Source: a virus
Length of the DNA: 64,000 bases
Reading direction: 5' to 3' (one strand)
IMG/VR virus record: IMGVR_UViG_3300028920_000054
Location: 1 to 64,000 of that record
Shown here: piece by piece, positions 45,601 through 53,008 of the stretch
Position numbering within the stretch: the stretch's first letter is position 1
Layout: the number at the start of each line of letters is the position of its first letter
Translations under genes and position numbers: made by a program
Notes under the pieces: generated by a model
Seen by the model: the letters and a program-made list of their open reading frames with translations, nothing else
The model's database searches: none
Told to the model about the DNA's origin: nothing

Positions 45601-46337
45601 TGGACGCACTGTTACAAGCAACCAAAGAAGGAACCACTTCTTTAGATGCGGTTATATTTTTGGTTGGTGGTCTTTCTGTTTCATTAGACGCACTATTGAT
45701 GGCAGTAAAGAACGAAACCTTATCGTTGGATACGCTTATACAGATAACCCAAACAGAAACGGTTTCTATTGACGCTCTTTTAGGTGCAGAAAAGACCGGA
45801 TTGATTTCGTTGGATTCGTTGCTTAAAATGGCAAAGACCAATTCGGTATCAATAGATTCGTTGTTGCAGTCTTCAAAAGAAGGTTTTGTTTCGATTGACA
45901 CAATTATATCTCTTGTTTTTGTAAACAACATGTCTGTTTCTCTAGACAGTATGGTGGCATTGTTACAAACCAATCAGATTTCCATTGATGCCCTTATTCA
46001 AGCCGTTGGAACGGAAACTGTTTCGCTTGATACCTTATTGCAGGCAACAAACACAAGCACCGCCGTTATGGACGTTCTAATGTCTGCATCAAGAACAGGA
46101 ACTGCGGTAATAGATTCGCTGATTCAAAAGGGATACACCGGATACGCCCTTATTGATGCGATAATAGGCCACTTCCAAAGGGTTAGTCTTGATGTTTCGA
46201 TAAAGCCTGCCGGATGGGTATTGCCATTCAGGTCGATGGCAGAAGCACCATGGAGAAATAGGGTAGTTTCATCAGAAGGAAGAAACATGTATGTATCCGC
46301 ACCGGGTCGGACGAGAATAGTTTATAGTAATAATTAA
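42615..46337 (+). CDS. large fibre-like virion protein: beta-helix domain plus 50 x 14-aa repeats
   Basis: NNIVY/YNNT/KNNL beta-helix rungs, DDIQGQTR..WYIGASE cap, then the tandem repeat. Confidence 0.75.
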   Translation: MQWVFKVGYKKLVPDLTTRLKYWSDCQLVDIRPSGFYPTKAGKHFCIIEDGKDYWKVRSTTDWKSTKKSVLDLKKYLTVADAKGKYPWDAGYNENTVPKRKRDWFIDYKSLLDKKHITDSQFDGIYDKSWEEIIVLEGDITQLLTHEDAKTRLQSIYSDKTGTVAQNGAGAGTDGAFTIGATGDYATLTLAEADIAAQLTGDLTFEHLNEQTAISSLVQFDLDTNGHLLKITASPGAEHNGGAYGNGARIDRGTYDDIRCLETVEGSFDDLEFSNLAFDVSGAGNDGLFLSNGAKGGTWTVNRCLFKGGSSSVSLLRVYYNAKNVILKNNIVYGNDGTYGGIVLESIYAGSHQVYNNTCVGNRFGIKQDYASESTTTMVFKNNLCQANTSDFIDDGAGFGTTGHNISEDDTSPDASYQEKDLHTNSIFLDYDNNDYRLNSAGDATNLAIVDDGEDLSVIFTDDIQGQTRSTWYIGASEIVSSEETITITPSIDALVAKTFTKTASLDALLQSVRTDTLSIDSLLYATKTQEVSLDSLLQAVKTGALSIDSLVSVARTITVSLDSLLAVVGTDTVLIDALLQSAKTQKVSLDALLQAVKSGSLSIDALLQLTKTKTISMDTLLSAVKTGETSLDSMLAVVGTKTVSIDTLIQAVKEGVLSIDTLIQATKTTSASIDSLLQDSKSNTVSLDSMLRAVKSGTTSLDSILAVIGTKTISLDALLSATKTGTLSIDSLIQAVGTKTVSMDALLQEVKSGTLSLDVFLEATQTKELYLDALIEAVKSGVVSLDTILSSGLSNTISLDVLLQAVKTNTISLDTLMLLAKTQTVSIDTILAVANSVGISVDALLEASKANTISLDSLLQAVKSGVVSIDAILAGGTGIILSLDALLQSTKTGVVSIDSLVQVAKTDSTMLDSIISMTMESTSVLDAFIQKAQTSYVSIDTLLQSVKTKILSIDALLSLVKSVSVSIDSLLMATKDEVLSIDALIQASYGKTLDVDALLQATKEGTTSLDAVIFLVGGLSVSLDALLMAVKNETLSLDTLIQITQTETVSIDALLGAEKTGLISLDSLLKMAKTNSVSIDSLLQSSKEGFVSIDTIISLVFVNNMSVSLDSMVALLQTNQISIDALIQAVGTETVSLDTLLQATNTSTAVMDVLMSASRTGTAVIDSLIQKGYTGYALIDAIIGHFQRVSLDVSIKPAGWVLPFRSMAEAPWRNRVVSSEGRNMYVSAPGRTRIVYSNN
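44085..46170 (+). repeat. degenerate 42-bp (14-aa) coding tandem repeat, ~50 units
   Basis: Consensus S[IL]D[AST]L[LI]QAxKTxT[VIL], counted manually. Confidence 0.92.
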
Positions 46338-46357
46338 AGCATTACAGGAGGTTAGCA

Positions 46358-46864
46358 ATGGCGAGCACCATCCAGATACACGAAATGAGCGGGTTAACAA
46401 CCGGTACGGACAAAACTTCAGGAACGGTAAGATTTAAACTAGCGGACAACGCTACGGTAGATACTTCCAATCCGTTGGTTGTTCCTGCTGCCGGAAGTGA
46501 TTATTCGTACACAAAACAGCTAAGGGCATATATGGAAGCACCCCCAAGTTCTTCCGTATCAAACTTAAAATGGTATTCAGACGGATTCAATTCCTTCGGA
46601 ACCGGAATAACAGTAAATGCCCTGAATAAAGGAACCACGTGGGTTGCTAATTATGAAACGGAAGCAACCGGAGGGGCAGACCTTTTCAGTTATGCTTCAG
46701 GAACACCGCTTGATGGCGACACAACCGATGCGGGACCATTTACATTGTCAGATGACGATTCTTACATAGGGGATTTGATACTCTTGCAGATGATTGTAGC
46801 ATCAACAGCCACTAACGGAGTTAAGTCTGCGGAAACATTGACATTTTCATTCGATGAAGTTTAA
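46358..46864 (+). CDS. putative virion structural protein
   Basis: GGAGG SD; NP..VP....YSY.K...ETLTFSFDE. Confidence 0.6.
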   Translation: MASTIQIHEMSGLTTGTDKTSGTVRFKLADNATVDTSNPLVVPAAGSDYSYTKQLRAYMEAPPSSSVSNLKWYSDGFNSFGTGITVNALNKGTTWVANYETEATGGADLFSYASGTPLDGDTTDAGPFTLSDDDSYIGDLILLQMIVASTATNGVKSAETLTFSFDEV

Positions 46865-46880
46865 TTAAAGGCCGGGAATT

Positions 46881-47177
46881 ATGCAGAAAAACTATGTTTG
46901 GGAAGCTGAAAGGTCAGACGGAACCATTGTTGCAAAAGGTGAAAACCTTGAGGATTGTGTAAGGTTTTCTCTTATTCCATTTAGTTTCGGATTGCAGAGA
47001 TTCGATCTGATAGGAATTAAAATGAAACGCAGATTCTGTCGTGGATTTATAAATGCCCTTGGTGGGGGATACAAAGATTATCTTCACTGCATAGTGTGCG
47101 ATGGCTTTAGGGTGTGGGTAAGTTATAAAAGTGGAAGGGTTTGGATTTTACCTGAAGACTATGAACTTAGGCTGTAG
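46881..47177 (+). CDS. hypothetical protein
   Basis: Co-oriented ORF in the structural operon. Confidence 0.55.
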   Translation: MQKNYVWEAERSDGTIVAKGENLEDCVRFSLIPFSFGLQRFDLIGIKMKRRFCRGFINALGGGYKDYLHCIVCDGFRVWVSYKSGRVWILPEDYELRL

Positions 47178-47187
47178 GGGATAGGTT

Positions 47188-47514
47188 ATGGCATTTGGAG
47201 CAAAACAATCAAGTGAATTGTATTATGTACTGTTTGACTTTGATGAAGACCTTAATCCTACAGATTCAGATGGGACTTCTCTTGCCACGGATAGTCTTGC
47301 GTCTATTGCTACAGTATCTGTTGTTGACCAGAATACAGGGTATTCGTTTGCAACCCTTGTGGACACTTCAAAGAACTCTGTTGATTCTACAAGGGCGTGG
47401 GTGTGGGTTAAGGATGGGACTTCAGGGCACAATTATAAAATAACGGTGCTGGTTCTTACGAATTCAAATGCAAAGTATGAAATGGATGGAATTTTACCAG
47501 TGAGGGATAAGTAA
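47188..47514 (+). CDS. fibre adaptor-like virion protein
   Basis: KQ..E....FDF...VWV.DGT.G..YKIT...T pattern. Confidence 0.55.
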   Translation: MAFGAKQSSELYYVLFDFDEDLNPTDSDGTSLATDSLASIATVSVVDQNTGYSFATLVDTSKNSVDSTRAWVWVKDGTSGHNYKITVLVLTNSNAKYEMDGILPVRDK

Positions 47515-47984
47515 TGCCGACTGTAGATTCAACAAACTCATATAGAACTATAGCACAGATAGACACATATTGTGAAAACCATGGACTCACTGAGTGGGCA
47601 GACGCCTCAAACTATGACAAAGAAACTGCCGCCTTAAGGGGCATGGCTTACATAGAATCAAAAATGTATAAGGGGCAGAAATATTCAAGCACCCAAGACA
47701 GAAAATGGCCACGGATAAATGCCACGGATGAAGACAATGTTGTGATAGATTATTCTACGATTCCCGATGCTATAGCAAACGCTCAATGCCGTGCGGCCTA
47801 TGAAGAAATTGTCAGTCCCGGAATTTTGCAACCAAACCTTTCGAGGGATTCGTTTACAAGCAGAGAAAAAATTGACGTGATAGATATAAGCTATGAACCG
47901 GGAAGAAACAAAACGGCATTTCAAGTAATAGATGGATACTTAAGGGGGTATCTGTTGCAAACCGGAACGCTAATAAGGTGTTAG
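47514..47984 (+). CDS. head-tail connector (adaptor)
   Basis: NSY, KE.AL, Q...WPR, IP..I..AQ..AA, REKID.I...Y. Confidence 0.8.
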   Translation: MPTVDSTNSYRTIAQIDTYCENHGLTEWADASNYDKETAALRGMAYIESKMYKGQKYSSTQDRKWPRINATDEDNVVIDYSTIPDAIANAQCRAAYEEIVSPGILQPNLSRDSFTSREKIDVIDISYEPGRNKTAFQVIDGYLRGYLLQTGTLIRC

Positions 47985-47993
47985 GAGAAAATC

Positions 47994-48185
47994 ATGGGTA
48001 TAACTTCAGAAGCAGCCCTTAAAAGGGGTTTGATTGCGGCGAACGAAAGAATAGCATCACTTGAAAAGTTGGTGAAGTTTTTTGAAGAAAAGGCCATTCA
48101 AGAAGAAGCATTAAAAGAAGAAGCACAGAAAAACCTTTACGACTTGGTTAAGAAGATAGAAAAGAAAGCCAAAAAAGACGAATAA
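47994..48185 (+). CDS. small coiled-coil protein
   Basis: AGGAG SD; coupled to the next gene. Confidence 0.5.
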   Translation: MGITSEAALKRGLIAANERIASLEKLVKFFEEKAIQEEALKEEAQKNLYDLVKKIEKKAKKDE

Positions 48186-48541
48186 TGGATTACGATGCCA
48201 TTGCAACCAAAGCAAACGCTTTAATAGTAAAATATGGTGGAGATGTTGTTCTAACACAGACATCGCTTTCTTCAACATATTCTACGCTTACACATTCGTA
48301 TACCAAGACCACAAAAACGTATTCGTGTAAGGGCGTTTCAAGGGAACATTCAAAAGGTTTATTGCCTGCATCATTGGGAGTTGGTTCGGATGAAGACTTT
48401 TTGTTACCTGCGTCTTTGGCAGTAGCTCCGGTTCCAAACGATACGATGACATTTAGCGATGTAACATACTATATAGATAGGGTAAGGCCGGTGGCCCCCG
48501 GTGGAACAACATTGCTTTACAAGGTATGGGTTAAGGGATGA
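48185..48541 (+). CDS. head closure protein
   Basis: A..LI.KYG...P..D.....V.P.G...LY pattern; position. Confidence 0.75.
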   Translation: MDYDAIATKANALIVKYGGDVVLTQTSLSSTYSTLTHSYTKTTKTYSCKGVSREHSKGLLPASLGVGSDEDFLLPASLAVAPVPNDTMTFSDVTYYIDRVRPVAPGGTTLLYKVWVKG

Positions 48542-49011
48542 GAAACTATCCAATAGATACTAATGCTGCCGGATTTATGAAAACACTTCGGAAAATTGGA
48601 GAAGACATAAAGGCAGACGCAAAAAAGATGGTAAATGGCGTTGTTACAAGAACGCTTGATTCTGAAATTGCAGCATCACCGGTTGACAAAGGAAATTATA
48701 TCGCAAGTCACAGGGTTGCGGTTAATGCAGAACGGACAGACTTTTATAATGGCGACTTTGGTGGTGCAAGATATAGCGAAGCAAGGGCACAGGCAGGGGC
48801 GAATTATTCAAAGCAGGAGGCGGCTGATTTTGATTGGAATTTTGGTGATAGTTCTGTGTGGTTTTCTAACCATGTACCACACGCAAGTTACGTTGAGTAC
48901 GGAAGTCCTTCGTGGAAATATACCGGCCCGTACTTGATTTACGCTCAGGCCGAAGAAAGGGTTAAGAACATATATATCCCCGAAGAAGCTAAGAAAGTTG
49001 GCTGGGAATGA
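48538..49011 (+). CDS. tail completion protein (HK97 gp10-like)
   Basis: SPVDKG, N.VP.A..VEYG. Confidence 0.8.
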   Translation: MRNYPIDTNAAGFMKTLRKIGEDIKADAKKMVNGVVTRTLDSEIAASPVDKGNYIASHRVAVNAERTDFYNGDFGGARYSEARAQAGANYSKQEAADFDWNFGDSSVWFSNHVPHASYVEYGSPSWKYTGPYLIYAQAEERVKNIYIPEEAKKVGWE

Positions 49012-49409
49012 CGATTCAAGAAGTTTACAATGCGCTTGATGCCTATATAAATGTTTCGTGGACGACAACTTCCATTCAGGCAGAGAATTATGAATTTGAC
49101 ACCGAAACAACCACTCCATATATTCAACCGCTGTTTGTTCCTGATGTTGTGGCAGAAGGGGAGGTTGCTGGAAGCAATAGTGCCGGTGTAAGCATAAGAT
49201 ACGGAACGTACATGATTAACGTGTACAGACCAAAGAATGAAGGTCTTGCAACCATAATGGGGTATTTGAGTACATTAGAAGGATTGTTTTATTACAAAGA
49301 CATTAAGTGTGTAAATACTGAAAGGCCATATTCGAGAAGGATAGGAATAGAAGGAAATTTTGTTAGGTGGGTAGTTATAATACCATGGTTTGCATTTGTT
49401 AATGAATAG
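49008..49409 (+). CDS. tail terminator protein
   Basis: EN..F, G...INVY.P..EG; position. Confidence 0.75.
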   Translation: MTIQEVYNALDAYINVSWTTTSIQAENYEFDTETTTPYIQPLFVPDVVAEGEVAGSNSAGVSIRYGTYMINVYRPKNEGLATIMGYLSTLEGLFYYKDIKCVNTERPYSRRIGIEGNFVRWVVIIPWFAFVNE

Positions 49410-49422
49410 ACCGGGAGGGTTT

Positions 49423-50547
49423 ATGTTAAGTTTTTGTTTGATGGTTCGGGATGAAGAAGCCAATTTACCAAGATGCCTTGAAAGCATCAAAAACGTAGCA
49501 GATGAAATAATTGTAGTAGATACAGGTTCAACTGATAAGACGAAAGAAATTGCGTTAAGTTACGGAGCAAAGATTTATGACCATCCATGGGAAGATGATT
49601 TTTCGTTACATCGAAATCAGACCCTTGGATATGCAACCAAAAAGTTTGTGTTTGTAATAGATGCAGATGAAGAACTCTTTTTTAACGAAGATGTAGAAAA
49701 GTTCAAAAAGTTCCTTAAAAAATTGCCAGATCAGTATAGTACTATTCTTCTTTTGGTAAAGGATATGGCGGGTGGCAAGAATGTAATGCAGTTCAATTCC
49801 GCAAGGCTGTTCAGACGTGGAACGGTGCATTACGAAAACGCAGTCCACAACCAACCCATTGCGACGGGAAAGGGTGGAATATACGAAGGTTGTTATTTGA
49901 GGCATTATGGATATGACCTTACGCCGGAACAAAAAGAAATTAAAAAGCAGCGTATCCTAAAAATGCTTACACGCAGACTTGAAAAGGACCCAGAAGATTG
50001 GGATGCGTACTTTTATCTGTGCCAATGCTATGCCGTAAATGATGAAGTTGAAAAGTCAATTGAAGCGGGAGAGATTTATATTTCGCATAAAGAAGAAATT
50101 ACCATAAAAGACTCGATATTCTTTACCATGGTAAGACAGTATATGAAGATGAAAAATGAGACCAAGGCATCGGAATGGTTACACATGGGACTAGAAAGGA
50201 GACCAGACGATCTTGACCTGAACGTTGCCATGGTTGAATTTGGAGTATGGGCGCAGAATTCTTTTCTTATAGCAAAGGGAGCACAGCAGTACATTTTAAG
50301 TTATGAACAAATGAAGCAAAACCCGATGGCAAAAGGAAATAGGTTTGTGTTTTCGTTCAGCAATGAGGTTCTTGCATTTTGTCACTACTGGCTTGCGTTG
50401 GTAAGGTTAGAAGAAGGAAAACGGGTTCTTGATGGTCTTAAAAATTTACTTCCAATAGTATCGGAAGAATGCAGAGAAAAGACCACAAAAAACCTTGCAG
50501 AATTTTGGCAAAAGTTGGGAGGTATTTCAATTGAATTTACCTCGTAA
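49423..50547 (+). CDS. GT2 glycosyltransferase with TPR-like C-terminus
   Basis: SFCLMVRDEE.NLPRCL.S, VDTGSTD.T, W.DDFS..RN, IDADE, VHNQ, HYGY, then helical repeats. Confidence 0.9.
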   Translation: MLSFCLMVRDEEANLPRCLESIKNVADEIIVVDTGSTDKTKEIALSYGAKIYDHPWEDDFSLHRNQTLGYATKKFVFVIDADEELFFNEDVEKFKKFLKKLPDQYSTILLLVKDMAGGKNVMQFNSARLFRRGTVHYENAVHNQPIATGKGGIYEGCYLRHYGYDLTPEQKEIKKQRILKMLTRRLEKDPEDWDAYFYLCQCYAVNDEVEKSIEAGEIYISHKEEITIKDSIFFTMVRQYMKMKNETKASEWLHMGLERRPDDLDLNVAMVEFGVWAQNSFLIAKGAQQYILSYEQMKQNPMAKGNRFVFSFSNEVLAFCHYWLALVRLEEGKRVLDGLKNLLPIVSEECREKTTKNLAEFWQKLGGISIEFTS

Positions 50548-50707
50548 CTGCTGCTATGTATGCGGAAAACTTTTGTTCATAGGGTTCGCAGAAAACATAG
50601 AAATAAAGTGTCGTCGATGTAAGACTTTGTGTAAGTTTACAAAAGACGACTGGAATAATTCACACGAGACCCGTGAGGCCCCAAAAGTAGGAGGTAAGGT
50701 AATATGA
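50531..50707 (+). CDS. Mu Com-like zinc-finger regulator
   Basis: C..CGKLL...IEIKC.RC; TTG start after GGAGG. Confidence 0.7.
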   Translation: MNLPRNCCYVCGKLLFIGFAENIEIKCRRCKTLCKFTKDDWNNSHETREAPKVGGKVI

Positions 50708-52092
50708 GTTGTGGGAATATAGGATTAGCAAGAAAGCAACGGGTATTCGTGTGCATAGAAGATACTTGTGGGACGTTGAAGTTCCCTACACCTAGTACTG
50801 ACTTCATTTTGTCTGCCGGTAATGCTGCCATGAATCAGAAGCCTGCGTTTGTAGATTCTCTTGAACTGCGGGACACGCTTGACGTGTTGGCACAATTCCA
50901 GAGTGCTACAGGCCCTGCAACATGGACAATTCCGATGTACCTTAGAATGACAGGTACAGTTGGAACCACAGAATATCCACAGGGGGATGCATTATTTCAG
51001 TCACTTCAGGGAAGCAGGAAATCAGCAACGACTGCTTCTTTGGATGGTGGAGTGATCGCAGCCGGAACAACTATTGTTTTAAAAGCAATAGATAACGAAC
51101 AGTTACCTAAGGTTGGTGTCGTTACGATAGGAAGCGAGAAGATTTATTATGACACCCTTACTCAGGGACAGAGTAGCACAGCCGCAACACTGACTGGCTT
51201 GACGAGGGCATATAATTCAACGGTAGCCGCTGACGCAACCGATGATAGCCTTGTAACGCTGTCGAGTATTTTTTATCAGCAGGATACTTCTAGTCCATCG
51301 GTAAGTATATGGATAGAAGACGATCATTTGATTCGTGGGCTTTCAGGCGCAACTGTCAACAACTGTGCTGTTACCATCAACAATGAAGGTGCAGTTATGT
51401 TCACGTTCAGTGGTGAAGGAATGGAAATGGTATGGGCGGGAACAAGTGCCCTAGCTTCAGCTTCTGCCGCAAGCGCCACCACTATTTATGTTGACGATGG
51501 AGAAATATTCAAAGCTGGTGCTTATATTTGGAATGAAACTCAGGCTGACAATAACTCAGGTGCTGGATATGAAATAAGTGCCGTTACGGGAAACATACTT
51601 ACCCTTGGAACTGTTGGTGGGATAGATTCTGCTTGGGCTACAGACGATGTTGTAAAGGGATACCTTGGAACCGAAACAGCAATAGGTACTGCGGTTGAAA
51701 GTAGACTTAGTGACGTATATCTTGACGACGTTGCCACAAAGGTTCGTACCATGGACTTAACCGTTTCCGTTCCAAAAACCTACATTACAGATGAAATTGG
51801 AACCGATTATCCTGAAGCATATATGGAAGATCAGCGCTCTATTACTGGAAGTCTTGGTCTGTATTTACGAAAAGCCGATGTTCAGTATTTTTCTCAGGGT
51901 TTTGCTGGAACCACAAAGGAACTAGTAATTAATTTCGGTGATACGCAGGGCTACATAATGGACTTGGTTATGCCAAAAGCACAGATAGAAGTTCCTGAAA
52001 TAAGTCAGGACGGCGCTGCACAGGCAATGTCAATAAATTTCAAATCGCTCGGAAATTTTGGTGAGGACAGCTTGGATATAGTACTGAGATAA
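50704..52092 (+). CDS. major tail tube protein
   Basis: Position before chaperones and TMP; G..VN...V....F.F.G and R.ITG.L tube motifs with inserted Ala/Thr-rich domains. Confidence 0.8.
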   Translation: MSCGNIGLARKQRVFVCIEDTCGTLKFPTPSTDFILSAGNAAMNQKPAFVDSLELRDTLDVLAQFQSATGPATWTIPMYLRMTGTVGTTEYPQGDALFQSLQGSRKSATTASLDGGVIAAGTTIVLKAIDNEQLPKVGVVTIGSEKIYYDTLTQGQSSTAATLTGLTRAYNSTVAADATDDSLVTLSSIFYQQDTSSPSVSIWIEDDHLIRGLSGATVNNCAVTINNEGAVMFTFSGEGMEMVWAGTSALASASAASATTIYVDDGEIFKAGAYIWNETQADNNSGAGYEISAVTGNILTLGTVGGIDSAWATDDVVKGYLGTETAIGTAVESRLSDVYLDDVATKVRTMDLTVSVPKTYITDEIGTDYPEAYMEDQRSITGSLGLYLRKADVQYFSQGFAGTTKELVINFGDTQGYIMDLVMPKAQIEVPEISQDGAAQAMSINFKSLGNFGEDSLDIVLR

Positions 52093-52225
52093 TTGAATTA
52101 TGTGTGGGATAAACGCTTAGCGGCGGCAAGATGAATCCCGGCATCTTGCATTCCCACACCTTTATTAACCACTGGGGAAGCACCAATGCTCGTGAAGCAG
52201 TGATGCTCTATTTAAGGGGAATGCA

Positions 52226-52606
52226 ATGAAATTAAGGACAAAGAAAACTGTACAATGGATAACTTTTTTAAGAGACGGATTTGAAGCAAAGTTTCAAGTA
52301 TCACCGATGACCGAATCGGAAAACGCCGACTTGTTAAAGGCGTGTCGAAAGTGGATTTGGGAAAAGAATCAGAGGATAGAAGATACACCAGATTATCAGT
52401 CGTTCAAGGCACAGAAGATTAAAAAGACCATCCTTGATTGGGAAGGGGTAGAAAACGAAGACGGAACCCCGCTTCAGTGTACTGACGAAAACAAGATGGC
52501 CATTTATAAGGGCGACCCAGAAGTAATAAATTGGGTACTTGAACAGGCTGACAAGATTCTCGAATCCGGTTTAAAGGATGAAGAGGAAGCGAACGAAAAT
52601 TTATAA
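52226..52606 (+). CDS. tail assembly chaperone (gpG-like)
   Basis: ILDWEGVENEDG.PL.CT.ENK; ends at a slippery site. Confidence 0.8.
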   Translation: MKLRTKKTVQWITFLRDGFEAKFQVSPMTESENADLLKACRKWIWEKNQRIEDTPDYQSFKAQKIKKTILDWEGVENEDGTPLQCTDENKMAIYKGDPEVINWVLEQADKILESGLKDEEEANENL

Positions 52607-52959
52607 AATGGGCTGAGTGGTACGGTGGCACTGCTAAAAAGAAGGGTGCCTCCTCAACACTCGATTGCAAGGAATGTAGGGAACTCTATGCTGCTTGGGA
52701 CGAAGAGCCACCTTGCGATGAATGCCCTAGACCAACTTATTTATTTCCAGACAATTACATTGCATGGAAATTTTGGAATTGGTTGCATAGATATGGACGT
52801 GAATCATCAATTAATGGACTTGCTCCAATTAAGATAGATTCAGCGTTAGATTTATGCAGGGCACGGGATACTACATGGGAAGATTTTGAAAAGATTCTTC
52901 TAATCGAAGACACTTTATACCCAAAACTTATTGAGCCACGAGAGGGTCATGAAAAATGA
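52597..52959 (+). CDS. -1 frameshift extension of the tail chaperone (gpGT-like)
   Basis: A AAT TTA heptamer; -1 frame open: IKWAEWYGG...CKEC...PCDECP...NYIAWKFW...FEKILLIE...EK*. Confidence 0.75.
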   Translation, partial: KFIKWAEWYGGTAKKKGASSTLDCKECRELYAAWDEEPPCDECPRPTYLFPDNYIAWKFWNWLHRYGRESSINGLAPIKIDSALDLCRARDTTWEDFEKILLIEDTLYPKLIEPREGHEK

Positions 52960-52995
52960 AAAGCCGAGCAAACCTAAAAAGTAGCTTGGCTTTTT
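52959..52995 (+). terminator. terminator-like hairpin before the TMP
   Basis: AAAAGCCGAGC...GCTTGGCTTTTT. Confidence 0.45.
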
Positions 52996-53008
52996 GCGTG
53001 GAGATGCC

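Noticed and set aside
44085-46170. Possible CRISPR array or DGR repeat
   Set aside because: The repeat is degenerate at DNA level and conserved only as protein. There are no identical repeats with spacers and no reverse transcriptase in the window.
52625-52837. 70-aa ORF from the track
   Set aside because: The -1 frameshift frame over the same region gives a longer, chaperone-like product.
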